A stretch of DNA of 64,000 nucleotides from an uncultured delta proteobacterium (GTDB lineage: Bacteria > Desulfobacterota > WTBG01 > CAIYCZ01 > CAIRTM01). The notes beneath the pieces were generated by a model. That model made no database searches, had not been told where the DNA came from, and saw only the letters and a list, made by a program, of their open reading frames with translations. Positions within the stretch are counted from its first letter, which is position 1; the number at the start of each line of letters is the position of its first letter. The position numbers were made by a program, and so were the translations under genes. The stretch spans positions 64,001-128,000 of the forward strand of contig CAWDSQ010000024.1 of assembly GCA_963804955.1 (NCBI GenBank). The letters are read 5' to 3'. Below are positions 51,629 to 62,300 of the stretch, one piece after another.

Positions 51629-52846
51629 ATGAAAAATAAAAAAACAGTCCTTTTTATAGCTTTGTTTTCTTTTTTTGTTTTTTACTTATACGGCGCCGAA
51701 CCAGCCTTTGCAGTTAAAAAAAAGGGACAAAAACAGCCGCCTGCTGCTGCAGTAAAAAAACAAAGCACGTCTCAGGAGGAGACTTCTGATGAGCCTGCAG
51801 ATGCTAAAAAAGTATCCAAACAGAGCGTTATTTCAAAAAACCCCTATCTTGGCGCTATCCTTATTGATGCGGCAAGCGGCAAAGTTCTGTTGGAAGATAA
51901 TCCCGATGCAAAAGGATATCCGGCAAGCATCATCAAGCTCATGAATCTGCTCATCGTTCTCGAGCATGTAAAAAATCGATCCATCACTCTTTCGGACAAT
52001 ATCACCATAACGTCTGAGGCCTCAAAAACAGGGGGGTCTCAGGTGTACCTGAAAGAAAATGAGGTGTTCACGGTAGAGGAACTGCTGTATGCGCTCATGG
52101 TGCAGTCGGCTAATGATGCCGCCGTGGCCCTTGCCATACATGTCGGCGGCACGAAAGATGCTTTTGTCGAACTCATGAATGCAAAAGCGCAGCAGCTCGG
52201 CATGACCAGCACAAAATTCCATTCCGTACATGGCCTGCCGCCGGGCAAAGATCAGCTGCCCGATGTCTCAACGCCGAGGGATATTGCGAAGCTGTGTCAG
52301 GAACTGCTGAAATGGGATGATGTCCTGCGCTATACGGCGGTGAAAGAAAGGCCTTTTCGAGCTGATACTGCCCAGCCCTTTATCATGCGCAACCATAATA
52401 AACTGCTCGGCGCTTTTGAAGGCTGCGATGGATTTAAAACCGGTTATTACCGGGTGGCAGGGTTCTCCATTGCGGCAACAGCCGCAAAACGGGGCGCCCG
52501 GGCGATAGCAGTTGTTTTCGGCAGCGAGAACCGCCATGTGCGCGATGCCAAAACAAAAGAGCTGCTTGCCCGCGGCCTTGCTGAACTTGTAAAAAACGCC
52601 CCGCCCGCTCCCGCAGTTGCAGCAGCAGCAGCTGCCGGAGCACAGCCTGTTGCTGCTCAACAGCCTGCTGTTGCTGAAAAACCAGCGGCTCCAGTAGCTG
52701 CTGCAGCCGCTGACAAAGACGTTGTGCAGATATCAATGCGCACGCTTAAAATTATCGGCATTTCGGCTGCGGCTTTTATTGTTATTCTTGCGTTCTTTTT
52801 TATGTTTAAGGGCAAAAAAACCAAAAAAGACTTTTTGAACGACTAA
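51629..52846 (+). CDS. D-alanyl-D-alanine carboxypeptidase (peptidase S11) with C-terminal TM anchor
   Basis: SxxK (ASIIK), SxN (SAN), KTG triad; Ala/Pro linker then hydrophobic helix. Confidence 0.9.
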   Translation: MKNKKTVLFIALFSFFVFYLYGAEPAFAVKKKGQKQPPAAAVKKQSTSQEETSDEPADAKKVSKQSVISKNPYLGAILIDAASGKVLLEDNPDAKGYPASIIKLMNLLIVLEHVKNRSITLSDNITITSEASKTGGSQVYLKENEVFTVEELLYALMVQSANDAAVALAIHVGGTKDAFVELMNAKAQQLGMTSTKFHSVHGLPPGKDQLPDVSTPRDIAKLCQELLKWDDVLRYTAVKERPFRADTAQPFIMRNHNKLLGAFEGCDGFKTGYYRVAGFSIAATAAKRGARAIAVVFGSENRHVRDAKTKELLARGLAELVKNAPPAPAVAAAAAAGAQPVAAQQPAVAEKPAAPVAAAAADKDVVQISMRTLKIIGISAAAFIVILAFFFMFKGKKTKKDFLND

Positions 52847-52887
52847 AAACAACTCCATGGCGATATGATTACATGCGCGATAGAAGG

Positions 52888-52919
52888 AAAGCCCGTCATG
52901 ACAACATGGCGGGCTTTTT
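52888..52919 (+). terminator. Intrinsic terminator
   Basis: AAAGCCCGTCATG-acaa-CATGGCGGGCTTTTT. Confidence 0.75.
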
Positions 52920-53002
52920 ATCAACTATACTTCCGGCTCGTGCCGAAGCATGAGAATAGTTGGATATAAATCCAGTAATTATCTTTTTGAAAGGATCACC
53001 CT

Positions 53003-53329
53003 ATGCCCTACCACGGCAGGCATAAAACACGCTGGCCAAAAGTTACAGCCGAACCAAAAAGCGTGGAAGAACTTCTTAAGGAAATGAAAAAAAACCCCAC
53101 GGCCGACGCGAACTACCGGGAGCGGTCTCTGAAGATACATGGCCTTATTTGCGCCAAGTGCGGCAGGGAATTTGAACTTGCCGATAAGCACCTTCTGACC
53201 GTACACCACAAAGACGGCAATCATAAAAACAACCCTCCCGACGGGTCCAACTGGGAAAATCTCTGCATCTACTGCCATGACGATGAGCACAGCCGGGGTA
53301 TCCTGGGCGATTATCTGACTAAAGGGTAA
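53003..53329 (+). CDS. YajD-family HNH nuclease
   Basis: YRERSLKIHGLICAKCGREF..LTVHHKDGNHKNNPPDGSNWENLCIYCHDDEHSR. Confidence 0.88.
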   Translation: MPYHGRHKTRWPKVTAEPKSVEELLKEMKKNPTADANYRERSLKIHGLICAKCGREFELADKHLLTVHHKDGNHKNNPPDGSNWENLCIYCHDDEHSRGILGDYLTKG

Positions 53330-53490
53330 GCTGTAAAACGCTGCACGTAGTCCTGCACTCGCAGAATTTATGCTTATCTTATTTTGACAGAAAAAAATTA
53401 CGTGCTTGTTCAGAGCCTCCATTAAGAGAGCCGTGTTGTACTTTTTTAAGCGATCACGTACTGTCACAGGATGTTAATGCCAATACGCAC

Positions 53491-53625
53491 TAAAAGCCTG
53501 TACGAAAAGCCAAAGAACCTTCGTTTTGTCATTCTGGCGCAGCGAAGAATCTCGTAGTTTTAATGAATTCAGGGATCCTTCACTTCGTTCAGGATGGCAT
53601 TATATGACTTTTCATACACGCTCTA
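53491..53625. repeat. Nested palindromic MITE/REP-like element
   Basis: Outer AGCCTGTACGAAAAG / CTTTTCATACACGCT; inner GTCATTCTGGCGCAGCGAAGAATCTC (53528) / GGGATCCTTCACTTCGTTCAGGATGGC (53572). Confidence 0.65.
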
Positions 53626-53962
53626 AGAGTTAAAATAGCACCTCACCTCCGGCCCCGGCTGTCTGTCTGCTTTTCACGTCCGCTCTTTGGTTTTTTTGTA
53701 AAAATTTCCTCGCAGTAAAAAAAATCGTGATAATTTTTTTTCGTATGCTATATGAAACAGTATTAAATGCCATTTTCAATGATAAGGGGTAATACTGATT
53801 CGTAATTTTAACCTGTACCATCTTGATTCTCCTCTTTTCCAGTTCCCCTGAAAAGGGATTAGCATCCTTACCAGCAGCATCTCCTGGAGTGGAGTGTGCT
53901 GTTTGTCCGTGAGAAAATACTTGCAGGTCAGCATTTCATTAATTTCTCGAAAGGGGGAACCC

Positions 53963-54493
53963 ATGTACATGAAAAACAAAATATTCATCCGAACGGTATG
54001 CCCGACCATTGCACTGCTGTTTTTCTTTGCTGCGCTCAATCCTGCCGTGGTCCAGGCGCAGGCAGATGAAAAGAGTGAAATTGCAAACTCCCTGTATATG
54101 CTCAAATTGGCAATTGCTGTTAAAAATGCACATCTGACTGTGTCGGAGGAAGAGCGCCTTGCGGTTAAAGAAGAAGTTTTGATTCTTATGGAAAATGTAT
54201 TCAAGAAAATTGAACTTTCCACCATACCTGAAGAAACTATGAAAAAATACGACTCTATTCTGCCGCAGCATTTTAAGGGAAAACTTCTGTTGGTGTCAGA
54301 TATTGCAAAAGCGGATATACCCACAGAGGAAAAAGTTAATGCCCTTGCAGTCGCTTTTGATATCGGTTGCGATAGTCTTACCTATGGGGCGGCACTTATT
54401 TTTATGTTGAGCATTTTGCTGGGTATCAACTTCGGATATTTTGGTTCTCTCATGTATTTGGCTGCTGTTTTGTGCTATTTAGGGGTGTTTTGA
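53963..54493 (+). CDS. Hypothetical exported/membrane protein
   Basis: Signal peptide (AQA cleavage) and C-terminal hydrophobic hairpin bracketed by two Cys; AAGGGGG RBS. Confidence 0.65.
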   Translation: MYMKNKIFIRTVCPTIALLFFFAALNPAVVQAQADEKSEIANSLYMLKLAIAVKNAHLTVSEEERLAVKEEVLILMENVFKKIELSTIPEETMKKYDSILPQHFKGKLLLVSDIAKADIPTEEKVNALAVAFDIGCDSLTYGAALIFMLSILLGINFGYFGSLMYLAAVLCYLGVF

Positions 54494-54897
54494 TTCGCCC
54501 ACACAATATTTACGGGATAAAAAGTCCAGCAGAGGCTCAGGATCGCAACAAGGCGGGTCCCTGAAGTACAACGCCCCCTCTTCTATTATAATTCTTAGAA
54601 TCCCAGCTGCAAGGGGACTAAAAAGAACAATGCTGATTTTTAACGCCAGCAGTGCCTGCAAAATCAACCGGGCAGACGGTGCAGACATCATTTTAGAAAT
54701 AATTTTATGTGGCTAGTCGAATTGTTTTGAGATTAACGCGAAGTCCGTTAATGAAAAAAAAATGGAGCTGTTGTAAAAATATGAGTAAACCATGGATATA
54801 TTTATTCCATAATACTCCTTGTAATCATAAATTTTAGGAGTTAGTATTTATCCAACATGAGAGCCGTAATGTAAATCTTTATGCAAAGGGAGGCTGC

Positions 54898-55470
54898 ATG
54901 AAAAAAAATTATTGGATTTTATGGTTTTTTTTTCTGACTTTGTCCGGGGCACCTTCACTTTCTGAAGCGCAAAGCATTACGGCCCCCGTAACCCAAGGTT
55001 ATAATGCTCCAATATCTGAAGATCAAAATTTTTCGAATCCTGCGTCTATAAAAATAGAACAAGAGTATCAAAATTCATTTATAAATTATACTTGTCCAGC
55101 GGAATATCCCGTGGATTGCTTCGATGGCAATTGCTGTCCAGAGAATACTGTGTGCGTTGGAAACAACCTGTGCTGTCAGTCAAGCACGCCGTACTATTGC
55201 GGGAACAACACATGCGCCACGTCGGCTTCAGCTTGTCCTTCGACGGGTTGCCCCGCTGGAAAGATTTTAGGGCAGGATAATCCGAAGCTTGAAAATCTAC
55301 GTAACTTCCGTGACAGCAGGCTTGCACAATGCGCCATTGGCCGCAAGGTCATACAAATCTATTACAACAATGCTGATAGCATCAATGAAGCCCTTGATAG
55401 TAGCCCGGCGCTGAAAGCTTTTACCAGCAGGGTGCTTGAAGTAATTGCGCCAATGGTGGGGAAAAAATAA
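54898..55470 (+). CDS. Exported Cys-rich protein with CFI-box-CTERM-like C-terminus
   Basis: Signal peptide; CPAEYPVDC..CCPENTVC..CC..YYC..C; LRNFRDSRL..IGRKVIQIYY tail; GGGAGG RBS. Confidence 0.7.
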   Translation: MKKNYWILWFFFLTLSGAPSLSEAQSITAPVTQGYNAPISEDQNFSNPASIKIEQEYQNSFINYTCPAEYPVDCFDGNCCPENTVCVGNNLCCQSSTPYYCGNNTCATSASACPSTGCPAGKILGQDNPKLENLRNFRDSRLAQCAIGRKVIQIYYNNADSINEALDSSPALKAFTSRVLEVIAPMVGKK

Positions 55471-55488
55471 AACTACGACTTAATCATC

Positions 55489-55529
55489 AAAAAGGCCTAA
55501 CTACTTACATATAGTGGCTGGGCCTTTTT
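55489..55529 (+). terminator. Probable intrinsic terminator
   Basis: AAAAAGGCCTAACTAC..GTGGCTGGGCCTTTTT. Confidence 0.6.
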
Positions 55530-55544
55530 CATTAAAAGTCCACA

Positions 55545-55728
55545 CTGGAGCATTTAACAAAATAGTATAGCCGAAAAAACAGTGGGGAGCTTTTGGTGAG
55601 AGCAGCCCGTGCGGTTCGAGCGATTGACCTGCCACCATTGCAGGGCTCTGTTGCGAGAATTCAGCACGGGCAAACGAATCAAAAGTTCACCGCTGCGCAT
55701 GGTTACGGCAAAAAGTTAAATGCTCTAG
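55545..55728. mobile_element. MITE-like element folding into one long hairpin
   Basis: CTGGAGCATTTAAC / GTTAAATGCTCTAG (13/14 inverted match); inner pairs GAGCTTTTGGT/ATCAAAAGTTC and GCCCGTGC/GCACGGGC. Confidence 0.65.
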
Positions 55729-55930
55729 CGTGTTAAAATGCAGGATACGAAGTCTGTACAATTTTATTGCATATTTGCTTTGGTACTATTGTTATTGCCC
55801 GATAAAAAACAAAAAAATCTCATAAAACCTGTTAGTCAAAATCCAGGTTTTTACAGATAAACACTGTTATTGCACAGCGTACTCTGCTCACCAGCCGCTC
55901 CAGAATATTCAACGTATCACCTTGTGGGGT

Positions 55931-56707
55931 TTATTCATCAACCAGATCAGCCGGTTTTTCCAGCATCGATTCCAAATCCTGCTTCAGCAGTAAACGCCCG
56001 GTAAAAGAGGATGGGTCAAGAGCTGCCACAAGGGCAGCGTAGCGGCCCCAGGCTGCAGGCAGGTCCCAGCCGGAGCGGTCGATGTCGGGGTTGAGATATG
56101 CCCAGCCATCGCTGTCCGTATTATCGGGCATGAGGGCATTCACGGCTATGCCGAAGTGCTTCAGCTCTTCAGCGAGACCCAGAGTAAGGCGGTTCATGGC
56201 TGCTTTGCTGACATCATATGCAATGCCAGTAAAAGGCTCGTGGTGCAATTCCCGTGTCACCACGGACGAAATATTGATGATATGCCCAGTGCCCTGCCGC
56301 ATCATGGCGGGCAGCACCGCCTTTGTGCACAGCACCGTGCCGCGCAGATTGACCTCCAGGATTTTATCCCAGTTTTTTTGCTCCATCTCATGAAACAGGG
56401 CCGGAAAATTTGTTGCGGCATTGTTGACAAGTATATCGATGCGGCCCCATTCCTTTAAAGTTGTTTCAACCATTTGAGCGACGGACTGTTCATTGGAAAC
56501 GTCGGTTTTGACGGCAAGGGCCCTGCCCCCCTGACTGTTTATTTCATCGGCCGTGGCTGCAATGGTGCCTGCTATGGTGGGCAGGTTCAGGCGCGTTCGT
56601 GCGGCAACTACCACCCTGGCTCCTTCGCAGGCAAGGGCAATGGCGATTGCTTTTCCAATACCCCGGCTTGCGCCGGTCACTATTGCAACGCGGTCTTGTA
56701 AGGTCAT
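55931..56707 (-). CDS. SDR family NAD(P)-dependent oxidoreductase
   Basis: TGASRGIG, LVNNAA, NISS, YDVSK; AAAGGA RBS. Confidence 0.9.
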   Translation of the reverse strand: MTLQDRVAIVTGASRGIGKAIAIALACEGARVVVAARTRLNLPTIAGTIAATADEINSQGGRALAVKTDVSNEQSVAQMVETTLKEWGRIDILVNNAATNFPALFHEMEQKNWDKILEVNLRGTVLCTKAVLPAMMRQGTGHIINISSVVTRELHHEPFTGIAYDVSKAAMNRLTLGLAEELKHFGIAVNALMPDNTDSDGWAYLNPDIDRSGWDLPAAWGRYAALVAALDPSSFTGRLLLKQDLESMLEKPADLVDE

Positions 56708-56767
56708 GATGAATATATCCTTTCAGCTTGACTGTTAGTGCAGGCCACGATTAAGTCAACGGCCATA

Positions 56768-56809
56768 AACAGCAAAGCCCGTCATTCTGCCATGACGGGC
56801 TTTGCTGTT
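56768..56809 (-). terminator. 18-bp perfect stem-loop after ino1
   Basis: AACAGCAAAGCCCGTCAT-tctgcc-ATGACGGGCTTTGCTGTT. Confidence 0.7.
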
Positions 56810-56821
56810 CTATTCGTATGT

Positions 56822-58147
56822 TCAGTCAAAATAATTATAATACTCTATGCCCAGATGCGTAATCAGCTCCTCGCCGATTATGTAGCGAAGGGTGTTTTTC
56901 AGCTTGGTAAGCTGAATAAAAAGATCATGCTCGGGGTAGACCGATTCAGCGGTCATGGGCGACTTGAAATAAAACGACAGCCATTCCTGAATGCCCGGCA
57001 TGCCGGCCCGGGCGGCAAGGTCTGCAAACAGCACAAGGTCGAGCACCACGGGGGCCGCGAGGATTGAATCGCGGCAGAGGAAATTGATTTTTATCTGCAT
57101 TTTGCGGCCCATCCAGCCGAAAATGTCGATATTGTCCCAGCCTTCCTTGTCATCGCCGCGGGGCGGATAGTAGTTGATGCGGACCATATGATGGATCTTG
57201 GCGTAGAGATCCGGATACAGGTCCGGCTGCAGTATCGTATCCAGCACGGAGAGCTTTGACACCTCTTTGCTTTTAAAAGAACCCGGGTCGGCAAGAACTT
57301 CACCATCGCGATTGCCGAGAAGATTGGTTGAGAACCAGCCGTCGATGCCCAGCATGCGGGCTTTGAGGCCGGGGGCTATCATGGTCTTCATGAGCGTCTG
57401 GCCTGTTTTGTAATCTTTTCCGGCTATGGGCGCGCCCGTCTTCCGGGCAAGCTCGGTGAGGGCCGGCATATCGGCGCACAGATGCGGCGAGCCGTTGATA
57501 TACGGGATGCCCCTTTTTATGGCCGTATAGGCATAGACCATGCTGGGTGCTATATGCTCATCATTGTCCTTGAGGCCCTTTTCAAATGCTTCAATGGACT
57601 GATGCACTGCCGAAGGCTCCATATACACTTCTGTTGAGCCGCACCAGATCATGACCATGCGGTCAACGCCATTGTCGGCGGCGAACTTTTGTATGTCTTC
57701 ATCAAGCTGGAGGTGCTTGTCCCACCAGGTTGTGCCGGACTTGACATGCGGTCCGTCGAGCTTTCTCACATAGCGGCGATCAAAAACCGCCTTCATGGGT
57801 TGTATGCCTGCGAGAAAATCCTTGACCGGGTCAAGCTGCTCCGGGGTAAGAACACCGGCATGCTTTGCAGCCTCATAACAGTTTTCGGGAAATATGTCCC
57901 AGCCTGCGCAGACAATATCCGGCAAGGCTGCAAGCGGTACAACATCTTTAATGAGGGGCTGACGGTTTTCATCGCGCCGGCCAAGCCGGATATGCCCCAT
58001 CTGCGTCAGCGACCCATAGGCCGGATACAGCCCCCGGCGAATTGATTCAAGGCCGGCAAGAAATGTCGTGGTTACCGCGCCCATTCCCGGTATGAGAACG
58101 CCGAGCTTTCCCTTTGGTTCCGCAATCACAATCTTCTTTCTGTCCAT
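56822..58147 (-). CDS. ino1: Myo-inositol-1-phosphate synthase
   Basis: GMGAV, GSLTQMG, WCGSTE, GKDYKTGQT, LLGNRDG, GDDKEGWD, CRDSILAAP, SFYFKSP. Confidence 0.92.
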   Translation of the reverse strand: MDRKKIVIAEPKGKLGVLIPGMGAVTTTFLAGLESIRRGLYPAYGSLTQMGHIRLGRRDENRQPLIKDVVPLAALPDIVCAGWDIFPENCYEAAKHAGVLTPEQLDPVKDFLAGIQPMKAVFDRRYVRKLDGPHVKSGTTWWDKHLQLDEDIQKFAADNGVDRMVMIWCGSTEVYMEPSAVHQSIEAFEKGLKDNDEHIAPSMVYAYTAIKRGIPYINGSPHLCADMPALTELARKTGAPIAGKDYKTGQTLMKTMIAPGLKARMLGIDGWFSTNLLGNRDGEVLADPGSFKSKEVSKLSVLDTILQPDLYPDLYAKIHHMVRINYYPPRGDDKEGWDNIDIFGWMGRKMQIKINFLCRDSILAAPVVLDLVLFADLAARAGMPGIQEWLSFYFKSPMTAESVYPEHDLFIQLTKLKNTLRYIIGEELITHLGIEYYNYFD

Positions 58148-58196
58148 CATCATCTCCTGAAAAATCAAGTGTTCGCACGTATGCTCGCAGAAAAAG

Positions 58197-59195
58197 CTAC
58201 AAGCGATCTATATAATCCTCGCCGATCCTGACAAAGTCAACCCAGTGCCGCATGGGATAAGCCTGATACAGCGTCTGATTTTTTATGCTCTTCCACAGGC
58301 ATGCCGCAAGCCAGCGCCTGCAGTCTGTCGGGCTGCCCAGCAGAGCGGCTAGCCGGTCTGCGAGGTCCTGATCGTCATAATCGACGGGGGTTCCCCGCCA
58401 GTACTGTTCCAGAGCGGCGAGATATGATGCGGTTATTCTGCGCCGGCCGCTCACAGCTCCATCCTTCGGGGGCAGATTCCCGCGCCACTTCATGCAGCCG
58501 ATACTGCTGACCAGTATATCAATGCGGCGAACAAATTTAAAATGGCAGGCAGGCTCTGCCGATCCGCCCACATCGCAGAGAAAATCACGTGCCGCCCTTC
58601 CCATCTGCCGCTGAATTTCATTTTCCAGATATGCCATGCGTTCATGCCATACAGGAGGAAGCTGCTGGGGCGTATACGGGGCAAGGCAGGTCTGCGGCTC
58701 CTTTTCATTGCTGCCCCAGAAGGAGCAATTGAGAGAGCGGCTCGAAAGCCCATAATAGGTCCTCTCGGCAAGCAGGGCTTTGAGCGGGGTTTTTTCACCG
58801 AGAAATCCGTAGACTTTATCGATGGTGTGTTTGCCGCCCTGGCCGTAGCCGGGAACATCCTGAGGCGCTGCATCATGAACCCAGCCCTTGAGCGCCTCGG
58901 CATAGTCTATCAGCTCCTGCCTGCGGCCGGGGCTTATCTGATAGTGCAGGCGCAAAGCAGTATGGGAACTGCCGCCGATGATGGAGCATATCTCATGAAC
59001 GCGCCCGGGATAGTCGTAGCGCCATATGCAGCAAAAATCAGCTGCAATGCGGCGCTCTTCGTCCTCGTGGCTGAGCTTGCCCAGGGATGCTTCAAGCTCA
59101 TGAATTGAGGCTAAATCCGGATCTGAACCATAGCCCTGCCGGAGATTGACATCATGGAATTGACCGCTTTTTACAAGATGGCTGATAAGGCTCAA
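58197..59195 (-). CDS. Hypothetical protein upstream of ino1
   Basis: 332-aa ORF, same strand as ino1, no motif recognised; start uncertain (TTG). Confidence 0.6.
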   Translation of the reverse strand: MSLISHLVKSGQFHDVNLRQGYGSDPDLASIHELEASLGKLSHEDEERRIAADFCCIWRYDYPGRVHEICSIIGGSSHTALRLHYQISPGRRQELIDYAEALKGWVHDAAPQDVPGYGQGGKHTIDKVYGFLGEKTPLKALLAERTYYGLSSRSLNCSFWGSNEKEPQTCLAPYTPQQLPPVWHERMAYLENEIQRQMGRAARDFLCDVGGSAEPACHFKFVRRIDILVSSIGCMKWRGNLPPKDGAVSGRRRITASYLAALEQYWRGTPVDYDDQDLADRLAALLGSPTDCRRWLAACLWKSIKNQTLYQAYPMRHWVDFVRIGEDYIDRL

Positions 59196-59353
59196 GGGAA
59201 TGCCCTGTCTGCCCAGCGTTCATCCCATGCGGTGAAAGAAGCATCTCTTCCATAAGCAACCCTACGTTCCCGTAAAATCTTTTATTAAAAAAAATAATAT
59301 GTTATATTTTTGCAGGCTTTGGAGTCTCTTTATAAAAACAGGTTTATTCCAAA

Positions 59354-62300
59354 ATGACAAGAAAATTTTTCTCAACAGGCCTTTCTATTCTGTGCTTTGT
59401 GTTGATCCTCTGTGCTCTTGCTGCCACGCTGGGGATGCAGCTGCTGGGAGATTTGAAGACCTATGTTCAAATTTCCCTGAAGAATGCAGAGCAGACTACC
59501 GGATACCGCATAACCTTGGATGATATCGGGTGGGATATTTTTGAAGGAACGGGTATAAGGATAGATAATCTCGTACTCTATGACGCTGCGGGCACTACCC
59601 CCCTGCTCGAATGCCGCAAAGTCCATGTTAAATTCGATCTGCTGCCTCTTTTCAATGCCAAACTAATCGTCTCGCGTGTCATGCTTGATGACCCGCATTT
59701 CACCTTTTATCGCAGCAGCAGCGGAAACTGGAAGCTCCCACCTCTTGCGGTTCCTGTAGATACCGGCAGCATCAGCAGCCTTGACGCATTCTCCGACTTC
59801 TCAATCGCCCTCAAGCGATTTACTCTCAACGGTGGCAGCCTTCACTTTAGCGACAGGCTCCGCAATGTAAAATTTGATCTCCACAACTTGAGGCTGCACT
59901 TGCTGCATGATAAAAAATCCGGCACATTCGGACTTACGGTACATGCAGAGCAGCCGCCTGAAGAAGGAGGTCTGCTGGCATTCAAGGGCGTATTTAAGGG
60001 GATAGACTCCCGGGGCAGGCCGGAGCGGCTCAGCGGCACAGGAGAGCTCCAGCTCAAGTCGGCGCAACTCATGCGCCTTGCGCCCTATATCTTTGACAAT
60101 GCGACCGCGCAAGCAGCGCACACACGGGTCAATGCCGACCTAACGGTACAGCTTGAGCCGGAGTGGCAATTTTCACTGAGCGGCACAATCGATTCCGACA
60201 ATATGTCTGCGCCATTGCCCGGCGGCAAACTGCTGTCTCTGGGTAAAAGCAGTTTAGCCTTTTCTGCCCAGGCAGGCACGACAATGCTGCTGCTGAACAG
60301 CTACAGGCTTACCTGTGCCGACAATGCCACTCTTGCGGGGAAATGCTCCCTTACGGGAATGAATGAATCCTCAATGCGCCTTGAGCTGATAGGCTCTTCA
60401 AACAGGATCAATCTTAAAGATATAGCAAAGCTTGCCGGTTCATTTGAAGCAGTGCCCCTGAAAGTAAAGGACCTTCTTGCAAGCACCCGCCGGGGAAGCA
60501 TCCAGCTGACTGACGCTCATGTGCTTGCCGATTTTGGCAACGGCGCTGAGCAGACGCTGGCAAAGCTTACCGGCACGGTACAGCTCTATGATGTTCTGAC
60601 GCAGTTCTCACCACGGCTGCCTCCGCTGCGCATCTCCCATGCGATGTTTCATCTGCAGGAAAATAAATCCCTTGATGCTGCAATTTTTGCGCGCTGGCCA
60701 GGCACTGACAATCACACGCTGAACGGGACTATTGAATCGATTTTCCATGAGCCGAAAATCACCCTGCATGCCGAGTCCGAACTGAATGCCGAAGGGATGG
60801 AAGCCATCCTGAAAGCAGCCGCACCTGCCCTGGCTGAAAAAATCAGCATACCGGCGGGCAGAATATCTGCAAAAACGCAGCTTGACTACTCGCAGCAATG
60901 GCATATTTCAACGGCCCTTGATTTTAAGCAGGCAGTGGTAAGCGCAGCCGGCTGGCTATCAAAACCCGCGGGCATTCCGCTGAGCCTTGATGTCAAAACA
61001 GTTCTGGGCAAAGACATGCCCGCGCCCCTGCCCCTGTCCTTCACTGTCTTCAATGGTGAGGCTGTACAAGCAGACGGAACGGTTACAAGCTGGGAACCGT
61101 TCTCCTGCAGCGGCGCCTATCATGCTGAAAATCTTGACCTGTCCGCTTTCGAAATGCCGTACAGCAAAGGTCTGATTACTGTTTCAGGCACTGTGAGCGG
61201 CGCTGGTACGTGGCAGATACCTCCGGGCAAAGGAAATACTTTTCCCGTTACGGGGACCTGTATGCTCCAGGATTTTTCAATGGTTGCTACAGGCAGCGGC
61301 AAGCTTCTCGTAGGCGGCAATCTGAATGGAACCTTTGAAAGCAGCCATTTTAAAATTTTCTCATGCCGGGCAGCCATGGGCGATACCTATGGCGAGCTTT
61401 CAGGCAGCCTTACTTCTCTGCTGCCGCCTCGCGGCAGGCTCGATATCATGGCTGAACTCTTTGACATAGATGACTTTGTTATCGTGATGGACCATTTTAT
61501 TGCTGTTAAAGATCAGATGAAGCTCGAAACAACCGTTGCTGAGCCGCCGATTCAAAATAACAGCATACTCATGGGTACAGATCTTCACATGCCGCTGAAG
61601 CTCAAGCGGCTCAACCTCTGGAACTGGGACCTGGACAACGGAACCTCCCTGTGGACCTTTAAAAACGGTGTCATGGACTGGGACAACATTACCCTCATCG
61701 GCGGAGGCGGTCCCATCTGCGGCACGGTGCAGTTGGATTTTTCAAAGATGCCGGTGCGGACACTGACGCTGTCGCCGTCACGGTCACAGTCGGATTTCCT
61801 GTTTGTCGTGCCTGCCCTTCGTAAAAACCGCACCATTTCCGGAACCATGGATATGTCCGGCTGGTTCTCCTCGACATTTTCGCGCAAGGAGGACCTCGGC
61901 AGGAATATGACCGGAAAATTTCATATCGATGTAGTCGATGGAAAAATACAGAAGCTCACGATTCTCTCGAAAATACTTGAACTTATGAACCTGGGCCATT
62001 GGTTCAGCTTCATCTCACATGATATTCTTTCAACAGGCATGCCCTATGACACTATCAAGGCTGATTTTACTGTCGACCACGCTGTTATGAAAACTGAAAA
62101 CCTTCAGCTCACAGGACCAGCCATGAACCTGTCTGCTGTCGGAACCATCGATATGCGCAGCGAAGAAATGAATTTGATAATCGGAGCCCAGATTCTTGAA
62201 ACATTCGGGAAAATTGTCGGGGCTATTCCCCTTGCTGGCAGTATTGTTACGGGCAAGGACAAAACAATTACCCTGGCATATTTTAAAGCTTCAGGGACCT

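Noticed and set aside
53003..53329. HNH nuclease as an anti-phage defence or RNA-guided system
   Set aside because: Matches the small, widespread YajD family; no RuvC domain, array or defence partner adjacent.
53390..53467. Minus-strand DRLKKYNTALLMEALNKH resembling a Fis-type HTH remnant
   Set aside because: Too short, the helix-turn-helix itself is absent, and the ORF overlaps the HNH gene antisense.
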